Part shown: piece after piece, positions 1-12,590 of the stretch
Position numbering within the stretch: the stretch's first letter is position 1
Layout of the letters: every line of letters starts with the position of its first letter
DNA from: Mobula hypostoma
Taxonomy: Eukaryota
DNA length: 64,000 bases
Reading direction: 5' to 3'
Assembly (NCBI RefSeq): GCF_963921235.1
Contig: NC_086097.1
Span: 209,376,001-209,440,000 of the forward strand
Notes under the pieces: model-generated
The model's database searches: none
Told to the model about the DNA's origin: nothing
Seen by the model: only the letters and a program-made list of their open reading frames with translations
Translations under genes and position numbers: made by a program

Positions 1-718
1 TAAATGAACCTGCAAGTTAACCCTTAGGGAATCATGCAAAGTGACTCCTAACTCCCTTAACACCTCTGATTTTTGAATTTTCTCCCTGTTTAGAAAATAG
101 TCCACACCTTAATTTAGACTTCCCTACATTATATTCCATCTGTTACTTCTTTGTCCATTATCTAAGTCTTTCTATAGACTTCCTGCTTCCTCAACACTAC
201 CTGCCCCTCCACCTATCTTTATATCATCTGCAAGTTTGGCCACAAAGCCATCAATTCCTTCATTCAAATCATTGGCATATAACGTGAAAAGAAATGGTCC
301 CAATACTGACCCATACCGAACACTACTAGTCACTCAAACCAAACAGATGACCCCTTTTATTCCCACAAACACAAGAAAATCTGCAGATGCTGGAAATCCA
401 AGCAACACACACAAAATGCTGGAGGAACTCAGCAGGCCAGGCAGCATCTATGGAGAAGAGTAAACAGTTGATGCTTTGGGCTGAGTTCTTCCAGCATTTT
501 GTGTGTGTCCCTTTATTCCTACTCTTTGCCTCCTGCCAATCAGCCAATCTTCTCTCTTTGTTAATCTTCTCTCTTTCCGGTAATACCATAGGCTCTTATC
601 TTGTTAAGAAGCCTCATGTGCAGCACCTTGTCAAAGGCCTACGAAAATTCAAGAAAAAAATATCCACCGTCTCTCTTTTGTCTATTCTGCTTGTTATTTC
701 CTTAAAGAATTCCAAATA
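1..718 (-). mobile_element. CR1-type LINE RT fragment (continues at 2287-2345), host of two later insertions
   Basis: The reverse complement matches the CR1 RT region of the + strand copies (14700-14900, 54880-55000). The sequence reads through once the insertions at 367-508 and 719-2286 are removed. Confidence 0.85.
367..508. mobile_element. Short fold-back derivative of the Penelope 3' end
   Basis: ACACACAAAATGCTGGAGGAACTCAGC pairs with GCTGAGTTCTTCCAGCATTTTGTGTGTGT. Near-duplicated target CCCTTTTATTCCCAC (352-366) / CCCTTTATTCCTAC (509-522). Same sequence as the Penelope termini at 5389 and 61215. Confidence 0.75.
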
Positions 719-2286
719 CAGGCGTCCCCCGCTTTTCGAACGTTCACTTTACGAAACCTCACTGTTACAAAAGACCTACATTAGTACCCTGTTTTCACTT
801 TCAGAAGGAGTTTTCACTGTTATGAAAAAAAATTCAGCGCACGATAAAAGGTAGAGCGCGCCCCGAGCAGCCGCTCTCCCCCGGATTTGTAACGGCATTC
901 TCACCAGCATTGCTGAAACATGTGTCTGTGAGCAGCGGTTTGCAAGATGAGTTCTAAGGTGTCGGAAAAGCCTGAAAGAGCTCGTAAGGGTGTTACATTT
1001 ACGGTAAAACTAGACATAATTAAGCGTTTTGATCGTGGTGAACGAAGTAAGGACAACGTGAGTTTGGCTTGTGGAAGATGACGAACATGATGTTGAAGAG
1101 GTTTTGGCATCCCATCACCAAGAACTGACAAATGAAGAGCTGATGCAATTGGAAGAAAAAAGGATAACAATCGAAACCGAATGAGTAATGATAAAGTATG
1201 ACTTTAATTTTGTAAGGGTACGTCGGTTTAGGAGATATTTGCAGGATGGTTTAAGTCCTTATTAAAGAACTGTGTGATAGAAAAATGCGCGAGGCTCAGC
1301 AGTCAAGCAAGCCTTCCACATCAGCCACAGCAGACGACAAACCTCGACCCTCGATATCGAGGTGGGCAGAGATAGAAGAAGATGAGCTGCCTGCTCTAAT
1401 GGAAAGAGACGACGAGATGACACCCCAGTGTCCCACCACCCCAGTCCCCAAGCCACGGACAGATACCGATTCACGGAAAATGCAATGGTAGCCGGGACGC
1501 ACACAGCACATCTCTAAGAACAAAGCCGAAATAGACATGCTAATTGATTAGGTACCACCAACACGTAATTGTTGGCCCAGATCAGAGACGACGCAATCGG
1601 AAATTGGCACTGATCTGGGCCGACAATTACGTGTCGAGCAGCACCTAATTAATTAGCTTGTTTATTTCGGCTTTTTTTCTTAAAGATGTGCTGTGTGCCT
1701 CCCAGCTACCGCTGGACCCCTGCGTGCTTCGTGGCAATGTATCGCTCAGCAGCCTGGAGGGTGGGGGCCACTGCACCACCCAAACTCCGACTCAGCCTAA
1801 CACACCATCATCAGTGTGCTCGGCGCTGTCCCAATTCCGGTAAGTGATATTACACTGTACATACATTATTTCTACTTTATATCAGCTGTGTATTTTTACA
1901 TGTTATTTGGTATGATTTGGCAGTTTCATAGCTTAAAGGTTACTGGAGAGAGTGTTCTAGCCAACAGCGCTTGCGTGAGATTTTCTGCCGACAGCGCTTG
2001 CGTGAGATTTTCGGTACGGAGAACAGTTCAGTAATGATTGTGGAAAAGTATTTCTACTTTATATAGGCTGTGTTTTTATCATATCATTCCTGCTTTTACT
2101 ATATGTTACTGTTATTTTAGGTTTTATGTGTTATTTGGCATGATTTGGTAGGTTATTTTTGGGTCTGCGAACGCTCACAAAATTTTCCCATATATATAAA
2201 TGGTAATTGCTTCTTCACTTTATGATATTTTGGCTTACGAACTGTTTCATAGGAACACTCTACCTTCGGATGGCGGGGGTAACCTG
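719..2286 (+). mobile_element. Internally deleted Tigger/pogo-like DNA transposon
   Basis: TA on both sides (717-718, 2287-2288). Imperfect TIRs CAGGCGTCCCCCGCTTTTCGAA / CAGGTTACCCCCGCCATCCGAA. ATG947 gives MSSKVSEKPERARKGVTFTVKLDIIKRFDRGE (CENP-B-type HTH start), fused directly to the C-terminal VEEVLASHHQELTNEELMQLE. The DDD catalytic domain is absent. Confidence 0.85.
1487..1710. repeat. Long imperfect inverted repeat inside the Tigger element (about 100-bp arms, 24-nt loop)
   Basis: 1487-1585 (GGTAGCCGGGACGCACACAGCACATCT...GGCCCAGATCAG) is the reverse complement of 1610-1710 (CTGATCTGGGCC...AGATGTGCTGTGTGCCTCCCAGCTACC), with scattered mismatches. Confidence 0.9.
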
Positions 2287-2506
2287 TAATTTGTGAGACA
2301 AGATTTCACCTTACGGCAACCATGCTGACTTTGGCCTATTTTATCACATTTTGTGTGCGGACCTACGTATGTAAACTCCTATATTTAGTTTTTTTTTGAA
2401 GTCGAAGCATCACTGGCTCTCTAACCAAGGAAAATAATCCCTTCAGTAAACAAATTATGCTGTGATCTGTACTGTAACAGCTTAATAATGCTTTACTAGA
2501 TAATAA

Positions 2507-4609
2507 TTGTTCATCCCAGTTTGGCAAAAGAATAAACCAGGGAAGGTAGTGCACCCCTGGCTGACAAGAAAAATTAGGGATAGTATCAATTCCAAAGAAA
2601 AAACATACAAATTAGCCAAAAAAAGCAGCACACCTGGGGTCTGGGAGAAATTCAGAGTCCAGCAGAGGAGGACAAAGGGCTTAATTAGGAAAGGGAAAAA
2701 AGATTATGAGAGAAAGTTGGCAGGGAACATAAAAACTGACTGTAAAAGCTTTTATAGATATGTGAAAAGGGTAAGGTTAGTTAAGACAAATGTCAGTCCC
2801 TTACAGTCAGAAACAGGTGAATTGATCATGGGGAACAAGGACATAGCAGACCAATTGAATAACTACTCTGGTTCTGTCTTCACTAAGGAGGACATAAATA
2901 ATCTTCCGGAAATGGTAGGGGGCCGAGGGTCTAGAGAGATGGAGGAACTGAGGGAAATACATGTTAGTAGCGAAGTGGTGTTAGGTAAATTGAAGGGATT
3001 ATAGGCAGATAAATCCCCAGGGCCAGATGGTCTGCATCCCAGAGTGCTTAAGGAAGTAGCCCAAGAAATAGTGGATGCATTAGTGAAAATTTTTCAAAAC
3101 TCTTTAGATTCTGGACTAGTTCCTGAGGATCGGAGGGTGGTAAATGTAACCCCGCTTTTTAAAAAAGGAGGGAGAGAGAAACCGGGGAATTATAGACCTG
3201 TAAGCCTGACATCGGTGGTGGGGAAAATGCTAGAGTCAGTTATTAAAGATGTGATAACAGCACATTTGGAAAGCAGTGAAATCACTGGACAAAGTCAGCA
3301 TGGATTTGTGAAAGGAAAATCATGTCTGACGAATCTTATAGAATTTTTTGAGGATGTAACTAGTAGAGTGGATGGGGGGGGAAATCAGTGGATGTGGTAT
3401 ATTTGGATTTTCAAAAGGCTTTTGACAAGGTCCCAGACAGGAGATTAGTGTGCAAACTTAAAGCACACAGTACTGGGGGTATGGTATTGATGTGGATAGA
3501 GAATTGGTTGGCAGACAGGAAGCAAAGAGTGGGAATAAACGGGACCTTTTCAGAATGGCAGGCAGTGACTAGTGGGGTACCGCAAGGCTTAGTGCTGGGA
3601 CCCCAGTTGTTTACAATATATATTAATGATTTAGACGAGGGAATTAAATGCAGAATCTCCAAGTTTGCGGATGAGACGAAGCTGGGCGGCAGTGTTAGCT
3701 GAAAGGAGGATGCTAAGAGGATGCAGGGTGACTTGGATAGGTTGGATAGGTTGGGTGAGTGGGCAAATTCATGGCAGATGCAATTTAATGTGGATATATG
3801 TGAGGTTATCCACTTTGGGGGCAAGAACAGGAAAACAGATTATTATCTGAATGGTGGCTGATTAGGAAAAGAGGAGGTGCAACAAGACCTGGGTGTCATT
3901 ATACACCAGTCATTGAAAGTGGGCATGCAGGTACAGCAGGCGGTGAAAAAGGCGAATGGTGTGCTGGCATTCATAGCAAGAGGATTCAAGTACAGGAGCA
4001 GGGAGGTTCTACTGCAGTTGTACAAGGCCTTGGTGAGACCACACCTGGAGTATTGTGTGCAGTTTTGGTCCCCTAATCCGAGGAAAGACATTCTTGCCAT
4101 AGAGGGAGTACAAAGAAGGTTCACCAGATCGATTCCTGGGATGGCAGGACTTTCATATGAAGAAAGACTAGATCGACTAGACTTATACTCGCTGGAATTT
4201 AGAAGACTGAGGGGGGATCTTATTGAAACATATAAAATCCTAAAGGGATTGGACAGGCTAGATGCAAGAAGATTGTTCCCGATGTTGGGGAAGTCCTGAA
4301 TGAGGGGTCACAGTTTAAGGATAATGGGGAAGCCTTTTAGGACCAAGATGAGGAAAAACTTCTTCACACAGAGAGTGGTGAATCTGTGGAATTCTATGCC
4401 ACAGGAAACAGTTGAGGCCAGTTCATTGACTATATCTAAGAGGGAGTTCGATACTGCCCTTGTGGCTAAAGAGATCAAGTGGTATGGAGAGAAGGCAGGT
4501 ACAGGGTTCTGAGTTGGATGATCAGCCATGATCATACTGAATGGCAGTGCAGGCTCGAAGGGCCGAATGGGCTACTCCTGCACCTACTTTCTATGTTTCT
4601 ATGTTTCTA
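2507..4609 (+). mobile_element. 5'-truncated CR1 LINE, RT-encoding ORF2 with few disablements
   Basis: Motifs [58 protein letters not shown] and LVRPHLEYCVQFWSP. Tail (TTTCTATG)n. Stops at 3002 and 3700 and a frameshift at the poly-G near 3380. Confidence 0.95.
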
Positions 4610-4944
4610 CTGAAATTAGGGTGAAATTTGATACATTTGATTAGGATAAATGACCTATTTTAATGTTTCTTTTAAAATATCTCTTAGAAACTCTAATGCC
4701 AACTAAAGTTATTGAATAATTGAAATGGTAGAGGCTGCAAACACAGATTTGATTTTGAAGAATGTCCAAAATTTACATTCCTGTATGCAGCACAGGCAGA
4801 TCACGTCAGGAGTGTATAATACTGATATGATGCCGGTGAGACCAAGCTCAAATTAAGCAACCAAGCTAATATGCTCCCTTAGACTTGCAGTCAGTGAGAT
4901 GAGGTGAAGGGTGACAAGGGGACAAAATTGAAAAGGGTGATGAA

Positions 4945-5388
4945 TACAGGACTGAAGGTGTTATATTTGAATGCAGGCAGTATAAGGGATAAGATAGATA
5001 ATCTAGTAATGCAGTCAGAGATTTTCAGGTACGACATTGTGGGCATCACTAAGTAGAGGCTGAAAGATCAAAGTTGGGAGTTTAACATTCACGGATCCAC
5101 CTTGTATCGAAAGGACATGCAGGTGTGTTGGCACTGTTGGTAAAAAAAATTAAATCGAATCAGTAGAAAGAGGTGACATAGGAACGGAAGATGAGGATTC
5201 CTTGGGGGTAGAGTTAAGAAACTACACAGATAAAAAGACCCTGATGGGAGATATACAAGCCTCAAAACAGTAGCCAGAATGTAGGGTACAAAATACAATG
5301 GGAGATAGAAAAGCATGTAAAAGGGTCAGTGTTAACACAAGTCATGGGGGGTTTCAACATGCATTTAGATTTGGAAAATCAGGTTGCG
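4945..5388 (+). mobile_element. Degenerate CR1 AP-endonuclease fragment
   Basis: Translates as LKVLYLNAGSIRDKIDNLV...YDIVGIT, then ...VMGGFN, which is the start of a CR1 ORF2 APE domain. Confidence 0.65.
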
Positions 5389-6488
5389 GCTGGAGGAACT
5401 CAGCAGGTTAGCCAGCATCCATAGAAATGAATAAACAGTCGATGTTTCAGACCGAGACCCTTCTTCAGGACTGAGGAAGAAGGGGAAAATGCCAGGATAA
5501 AAAAGGTGGGGGGAAGGAGAAAAGGTTAGCTGAAAGGTGATAAGGTGAAGCCAGGTGGATGGGAAAAGTCAAGGCTGGAAAAGAAGGAATCTGATAGAGT
5601 GTAAAGTGGACCATATGAGAGAGGGAAGGAGAAGGGGACCCAGGGGGAAGTAGTAAGCAGGCGAGAAAAGGTAAAAAGTCACTGAGGGGAATAAAGGGGG
5701 AGGCGGTGGAGTGGAAGGACTATTTGTTTACTGGAAGGAGAAATCAATATTCATGTCATCAGTTTGGAAGCTATCCAGATGGAATATAAGATGTTGCTCT
5801 TCCACCCTGAGGATGGCCTCATTTTGGCACAAGTGGGGGCCATGGACCAACATGTTGGAATGGGGATGGGAACTGGAACTGAAATGTTTGGCCACCAGGA
5901 AGTCCTGCTTGAAGTGAGTGGATGGAGGTGCTCCGTGAAGCGCGGTCCCCCATTTTATGATGGGTTTCACCAACGTAGAGGAAGCCGCATCGGAAGCATT
6001 GGACGCAATAACTGACCCCAGCAGATTCACAGGTGAAGTGTTGCCTCACCTGGAGAAGGTATGTGGGCAGGCAAAGCACTTTTGATTTTTGTCTTAAGTG
6101 TCAGGAGCGAGATTGGCAGGGATGGACGAATGGGCAAGGGAATCATGGAGGAAACGATCCCTATGGAAAGTGGAGGTGGGGTGTAAGTAAAGATATGTTT
6201 GGTGGTAGGATCCCTTTGGATATGGCGGAAGTTGTAGAGGATAATTTGTTGGATGCGGAGGTTTATGGGATGGTAGGTAAGGACAAGAGGAATTCTATAA
6301 CTGTTAAGGCGGCAGGAAAATGGAGTGAGTACGGATTTCCGGGAAATGGAGGAGATGTAGGTGAGAGCAGCATCGATAGTGAAAGGAGGGAAAACCCATC
6401 CTTTGAAGAAGGAGGACATCTCTGATGTCCTGGAACAGATGTGGCAGAGCCAAAGAAACTGAGAAAAGGGAATAGCATTTTTACAGAA
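5389..6488 (-). mobile_element. Penelope-like element 3' part (RT C-terminus plus GIY-YIG endonuclease), degenerate; short continuation at about 7129-7160
   Basis: CESAGVSYCVQCFRCGFLYVGET and RIPLVLTYHP...IILYNFRHIQRDPTTKHIF. Homologous to 25558-27302 and 43603-44579. Confidence 0.9.
5436..5473 (-). ncRNA. Minimal type I hammerhead ribozyme motif (variant)
   Basis: The minus strand reads CAGTC-CTGAAGA-AGG GTCTCGG TCT-GAAA-CATC-GACTG. The core CUGANGA/GAAA is intact, helix I is CAGUC/GACUG, the cleavage triplet is AUC, and the helix III palindrome is lost (ACAU). Confidence 0.6.
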
Positions 6489-7125
6489 GATTAGATTAGA
6501 TTAGATTATGAGGACATGCAGTCCTCTTTTATTGTCATTTAGTAATGCATGCATTAAGTAATGATACAATATACCTCCATTGTGATATCACAGAAACACA
6601 GGACAGACCAAGACTGAAAAATTGACAAAAACCACATAATTATAACATATTATTATAACAGTGCAAGCAATACCATAACTTGATGAAGAACAGACCATGG
6701 GCATGGTAAAAGAAGTTCAAAGTCTCTCGAAAGTCGCAAATCTCACGCAGACGGGAGAAGGAAGAAAACTCTCCCTGCCATGCCCGACCACAGTCTGACT
6801 CTGAGTCGTCCGAAAACTTCGAGCCTCTGACCAGCCCTCCGACACTGAGCACTGAGCACCATCTCTGCCGAGTGCTTTGACCCCAGCCCCGGCGGCCAGC
6901 AGCAGGCAAAGCCGAGGATTTTGGGGCCTTCCCTCCGGAGATTCTCTATCGCACAGTAGCAGCAGCAGCGAACCAGGCATTTCAGAAGTTTCTCCAGATG
7001 TTCCTCTGTGCTTCTCACGTCTGTCTCCATCAAATCAGATTTGTGAACAGCATCCTAATTACAAAAGCGGTATCATTTCACCGGAGAGCTGCACGCGCTG
7101 CATCGCAGCGCCATCCTCTCCTCCT
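6489..7125 (-). mobile_element. Non-autonomous retroposon family A, full-length copy inserted in a Penelope element
   Basis: Homologous end to end with 54019-54701. The 5' end is GGAGGAGAGGATGGCG. The 3' end is ATGACAATAAA, a GAGGAC..GTCCTC hairpin and (AATCT)n. Possible target duplication TTTACAG. Confidence 0.8.
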
Positions 7126-7224
7126 GCCTTTACAGGGTGGGAAGTGGTATAGTCAAGATATACAAGAGATAGGATGGTACATAGATCTTATTTTTTCATT
7201 GTTAGAATGAAGATGTTCTGCCGG

Positions 7225-8295
7225 AGATAGAAAATAGAATAGTACAGCACATGACCAGGCACTCACAATGTTCTGCAGAACCATTTAAATTAATAATCAA
7301 ATGGCCAAATAAACTAATCCACTCTGCCTACAAAATTTCCACATCCTTCCATTTTCCTCCTATTTGTATTTCTTAAAAGTCTCTAATGCATCTATCTCTA
7401 CCACCACATTAGGCAGTACATTTAGGCACACCACCCTCTGTGAAAAACTTCTTTAAAATTAGCCCACTCATTTTAAATGCATGCCCTCTGGTATTTTACG
7501 TTTCAACCGTACAGAAAAGATACTGGCTGCCTACTCTAACTATGCCTCTCATGCTATCAAAATATAAACCTTATAATCTTATAAACCTCAATCAGATCTC
7601 CCCTCAGCATTCACTGTTCCAGAGAAAACAGTTAAGTTTATCCAACTTCTTGTTGTAATACATACCCTCTAATTCAGGCATGGTAAACCTCTCCAAAATC
7701 TCAACATTATTCTTATAATGGGGTGACCAGAACTGTATGTAATCCCCCAGATACGGCCTAACTAGAATTTTATAAAGCTGCAACACAACTTTCTGACTTT
7801 TGAACTCAGTGCCTCAGCTAATAGAGGCAAGTATACCATATGCCTTTGTAACCACCCCATCAACCTGTGTAGCCACTTTCAGGAACTAATGTCCCCAAGA
7901 TCTCTCTACTCATCAATGCTATTAAGGGTCCTGCCAGTCTTTTTACATTTGACCGACCAAGGTGAAAAACTTGACATTTGTCCAGGTTAAACTCCATTTC
8001 TCCACCCATATCTGCATCTGATCTATATTCTGCTGCATTCTTTGCCAGTCCTCTCTGTTATCCACAATATCACCAATCCCTGTATCACCTGCATATTTAC
8101 TAAACCACACATCTACCTCTTTATCTATGTATATAAATATAAAAACAACAAAGGTCCCAGTACAGATCTCTGCAGAACACTACTAATAATACACCTCCAG
8201 CTAGAATAGGTCATATTCGACCACTTTCCTCTGTCTTCTGTGGGTAAGTCAGCTCTGAATACAACTGGCCAGTTTACATGGACCCCATGCATCAT
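7225..8295 (-). mobile_element. Degenerate CR1 3' portion
   Basis: ORF 7604-7786 reads MLQLYKILVRPYLGDYIQFWSPHY. CR1-type 3' end near 7230. Confidence 0.8.
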
Positions 8296-8644
8296 TTAGA
8301 GGAAAATTGGATTGAAATTTGAGGTGAAGGGAAATACAGGACAACAGGGAGTGAAATGACCAGTGAGGTTAATTTTGGTTAAGCGTTTTGGCTAAATTAC
8401 TGTTTTCTATCCTCTCGATTTAAATATTCCTCTAATGGATTCACTGCAATTTCCTATCATGTCCTTTCACAACTGTCAAATAGTAATATTCAGAAACATT
8501 CAAATTCCAATTAGAATTTGTTAAAATTATTTAAAATACTTAAAATTTCATTAATCATTAAGTATTTCAAGATTATCAAGAATACTTTAAAAACACAAAA
8601 ATAGATAAACAAGCAATTAAGCAAATGTTTTAACTAATTTGCTG

Positions 8645-8960
8645 AAACTTTGCAAACTTCTAAGGAAGTAGAGGTACTGCTACATTTTCTTTGTAATAGC
8701 ACTTATGTGCTGGACCCAGGACAGATTCTCTGAACTTAAATATGGCATTGGAGCTGTGTTTAGCCTCAAACTCATAAGTGTAAAGCTTGTAGAGCAGGGG
8801 ATAAGGACACAGCCCTTTAGTGCACATGTACTGGTGGAGATTGCGGAGGAGATGTTATTACCAATCCAAAGAGACTGGGGTCTGCACTGAGGAAATTGAG
8901 GATCCCATTGCACAAGGAGATATTGAGGCCAAAGTTTTGAAGCTTGTTGATTAGTCTTGG
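8645..8960 (-). mobile_element. Rex1/Babar-type LINE fragment
   Basis: IIPRLINKLQNFGLNISLCNGILNFL...GNNISS.ISTST, matching the copies at 30420-30660 and 50820-51010. Confidence 0.7.
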
Positions 8961-8964
8961 TATT

Positions 8965-9410
8965 ATTTGAGGAAAGGATATTATTTTGGAGCCATCTGAC
9001 TTGCACATTTTGGCTTTTATTTCTCTTACGGCCAGAAGGACGTTCTTGTTTAAATGGAAAGATGCGGTCCCTCCTATTCACGCTCAATGGTTACTTGATG
9101 TGATGTCACGTTTAAATTTAGAGAAGATTTGATGTTCAATCTCTGAATCTAGCCAAGACTTTCAAACATCATGGGGACCTTTTTTGAATTATTTTCAAAA
9201 CCTTTGATTTGCTGTTAAAGCACAGATGATTAGATGGGTTAGATTTTTTTATATAATAAAATTACTATATTTCAATGTTATGAGTTAATTAATCTGTATG
9301 AATATAGGGTAAGAAGTCTTTATATGCGATTTAGTATAATGTATTGATATATATTTTTTCTTGTACTCTGTATTCTTATATGTAAAATTAATAATAAAAA
9401 TATTGTAAAG
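8965..9410 (+). mobile_element. L1-type LINE 3' end
   Basis: Translates as ILAFISLTARRTFLFKWKDAVPPIHAQWLLDVMSRLNLEKI...WGPFLNYF, typical of a fish L1 ORF2 C-terminus. Followed by an AT-rich UTR with AATAAA. Confidence 0.7.
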
Positions 9411-9787
9411 AGATTAGTTTTGAGAGGATCAATATCAGGTACACTGCAATAGGACTTGTGGATCACGGATCGGTCTCTTCAGTCATCTCAAGACCACAAA
9501 TGACCAGGTCAACCGCCAGGAGATGAATCATACTCGACTACGAGTAATTGCTGATGATGATAACAATCAGGCATTAATGATTTGCACAATATTAAGCAAA
9601 TATAGGTTCCAAAGTACATAAAATACAAATTCTGGAAATCTGTAATAGAAACAAAATGACTAGAACTTTAAGGAAAATAGAGTTAAAAGAAGAATAACCA
9701 TATTGAACCCTTTATCTAAGATTTTGAACTGATTTTCTTCATTGTACAGAATTTCCATTTTAATTATTACCATTTTGTACTGCATAG

Positions 9788-9954
9788 CAAAATTCAAGAT
9801 CAGACTGGAAACAGCCGAAGACTCAATGACACCCGCAGATGTTAAGACAACCCTTGTCGTTTACGGTTCCAAGGGAAAAAGTGATGAAATAGTTCTGTCT
9901 TCAGACAACCCACAGTTTCTATATTTTCTTCCAGGATCGGTTGATGAGCTTATT
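9788..9954 (+). CDS. PLAT/LH2-repeat protein, visible exon 1 (first half of a divergent PLAT domain)
   Basis: Acceptor tgcatAG, donor GTaaga, phase 1-0. Reads KFKIRLETAEDSMTPADVKTTLVVYGSKGKSDEIVL...FLPGSVDELI. Confidence 0.85.
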
Positions 9955-10699
9955 GTAAGACATGAAATATGAGCTATTGTGATTTAAGAGTGCTATGCAC
10001 AAGCCATACAAAATGGTAAAGTGACAAGTACAGTAATTGAGTTAATGGAAAATTATGATTGAAAAATTAAGGTAATATCTTAAAATTATTCAGATTATTT
10101 TGAAGTGAATTGATTTGATGCTATTAAATTATTTTATTTCTGTATTATAAATGGTTTAAATTGATAATAGATATCACTGTATTTCTTTTAAAATCTAGTT
10201 AAAATGACTAAATAAAATGTAGGAACAAATATAATAATCCATCAAATGAGGCAGTCAGAGATTCAATAAATCCTTACTACCTTGATGTTGACCTGCAGCA
10301 TAAATGATGTGGTCAGATGAGAAGGTTGATCTGCAAACTCTGTAAGGAGATATTCTCCTCCTGATTTCCATCATCTATCAAGATAAGAATGTAATGAAAT
10401 AATCTTCACCTGGTTAAGTGTGTCCTCCTCTAATATTGAGAACTTTGACTCTATCTAGAACTAAGTAAACAAGCTGATTGGTACCCACCACATTAAATAC
10501 TCTTACTTCTCCCCCGATTCACATACACTATGTGACTGAATAAGTAATAAATATACAATGTATGTAGCAGTTCACTGATGTTTCTTCAACATCACCTCAC
10601 AAACACATGGACTGGTTCATATTGTACTAGTTTAAAATTCACCCCCATTGTCTAATGAGCAAAAATACTGGTTTTGGTAGTGATGACTTAATCCTAAGA

Positions 10700-10914
10700 A
10701 CGGTGAATGTGTGGAATGTGCTGCCGGCGACAGTGGTGGAGGCAGATACAATAGGGTCTTTGAAGAGACTTCTGGATAGGTACATGGAGCTTAGAAAAGT
10801 AGACGGCTATGGGTAACCCTAGGTAATTTCTAAAGTAAGTACATGTTCGGCCACAGCATTGCGGACCAAAGGGCCTGTATTGTGCTGTAGGTTTTCTATG
10901 TTTCTATGTTTCTA
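10700..10914 (+). mobile_element. CR1 3' terminal fragment
   Basis: GTGTGGAATGTGCTGCC...GGATAGGTACATGG...GGGCCTGTATTGTGCTGTA with a (TTTCTATG)n tail. Confidence 0.75.
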
Positions 10915-11179
10915 ATGCTATGATTCATAGGATAAAGAATAAATACATAACTTATATAAAGATCCTATGATTGTTTTTCTAACCTTAATTGGTAAAGTAT
11001 AAAATAAAGGATCAAAAGGGAAGAAAAGATCTTTTAAGGTTTAAAAACTTCTGGCTGATCCTTGTTGATTTTGCACATTTTGTTTACATTGTGTTAATAT
11101 TTTATACATACGGATGTACACAGTATCAAACTTTCAGCAGTATCCTTTTGTCCTGTTCAACATGTAAATTATTTTTTAG

Positions 11180-11399
11180 GTTGCAATAGAAAACCTGGGA
11201 GATATTTACAAGATTCGTGTCAATGCTGAAGAACTATTTAACTATTTGGGTTGGCATTTAGTCTCGATTATTTTGGAAGATTTGCAAACAAAACAGATCT
11301 TCAGTTTTCTTTGTAACTCCTGGCTGTCTGCAATCAAAGAAGACAAGGAATTGGTGAAAGAATTTTCTCTGACAAAGGAGGGACTGAACATATTACCTG
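11180..11399 (+). CDS. PLAT/LH2-repeat protein, visible exon 2
   Basis: Acceptor ttttttAG, donor GTagga, phase 0-1. Reads VAIENLGDIYKIRV...GWHLVSIILED...FLCNSWLS...LVKEF...ILP (second half of a PLAT domain). Confidence 0.9.
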
Positions 11400-11914
11400 G
11401 TAGGAATAATATCATACAGAGATTATGTAGAATTACTTATAAAAGAGTTGTAAAGCATTAAAGAACATAAATTACTTTGAATTTAATTTTATGGACTTCC
11501 ATCTTTTAAAGATGGTCCTAAAGTTGAAACTCTTAAAGGTAATAAAATTGATAGTAATATACAGATTTTATTGGTCAATATAATACATCTGCTTTCAACC
11601 TTGTCTTTACAAATGAAAAATAAGCAAGTCCTTTACTATATTTCAGTCTTGAAGTATTTTCTCCCTCTTTATATGTTCGGTGTCACATGTCATTCTCCCC
11701 GAAAATTGGCCAGCAAGTGAAGTAATCAAAGCCTTTGCCAAAGTAAATGCAAATGTTATATTGATGGAGCTCAGAATAATTTGGTTTATGATTTTAAAAT
11801 GTTTCTGACATTTTTTAGAAAAGTATATTCACCTTTTCCAGCCGTGCCTTATCTGTAACCATAACCAGGTTCAGTAATTATTTATAGGTTTAGTTGAAAG
11901 CCAAACATTCTCTA

Positions 11915-12590
11915 TTCAAGATTCAAAGATCAAGTTTGTTTAATATCATTTTCAGTACACATGCGTAAAGGAGAACAAAATAATTGTAACTGCAGATCCG
12001 GTGGTGTACACACAATAAAATCACACTAAAATAAAGAACATAAAAATCAAAAACACAATTAATATATATAAGTATGTAAAATAGTTCATACACATAGATG
12101 GATTGTATGTACATAACGTGACGCTAGGTGACAGGTGTACATAAGGTGTCTCTCACAAGACTAAAGCAGTGGTGGTGGGCAATGTCTGGGGTAGGTTAGT
12201 GGCTGGAGGTGGTGATCAGTCTTACTGCTTGGAGAGAGTAACTGTTCCTGAGTCTCATATTCCTGGCATGGATACTACATAACCTCCTCCCTGAAGGGAG
12301 AGGGACAAAGCAGTCCGTTAGCAGGGTGGGTGGGATCCTTCATGGTTTTGCTGATGGGCTGGTGCCAGAAATATGTTGGGTAGTTTCGACTATCAATTGC
12401 AGAGCCTTCCGGTCTGCCAAAGTGCAGTTTCGGTACCATGCTGTGATGCAGATGTTAGAGTGCTCTCGACTGCACGTCTGTAGAAGGTCATGAGTATTAA
12501 TGTGCATCCTGCTCTCTTCAGCTTCCACAGAAAGTCAAGGCATTGATAAGCTTCCTTGATTGTGCAGGAATTCTGGGAGCTGAGAGGTCC
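11915..12590 (-). mobile_element. Rex1/Babar-type LINE 3' part
   Basis: KEAYQCLDFLWKLKRAG..ILMTFYRRAVESTL..CITAWYRNCT.ADRKALQ, with a short-repeat tail near 11920. Confidence 0.75.

Noticed and set aside
3411..3824. Antisense ORFs over CR1 (also 15030-15434 and 55136-55687)
   Set aside because: They are shadow frames of the CR1 RT, recurring only because the repeat recurs.
4791..4835. Possible 45-nt AG..GT micro-exon upstream of exon 1
   Set aside because: The frame needed to join exon 1 (phase 1) contains TAA, and the pyrimidine tract is weak.
6640..7152. Overlapping ORFs conserved with 54177-54579 as a small gene family
   Set aside because: The similarity reflects repeat family A. Frames are not preserved between copies and there is no recognisable domain.
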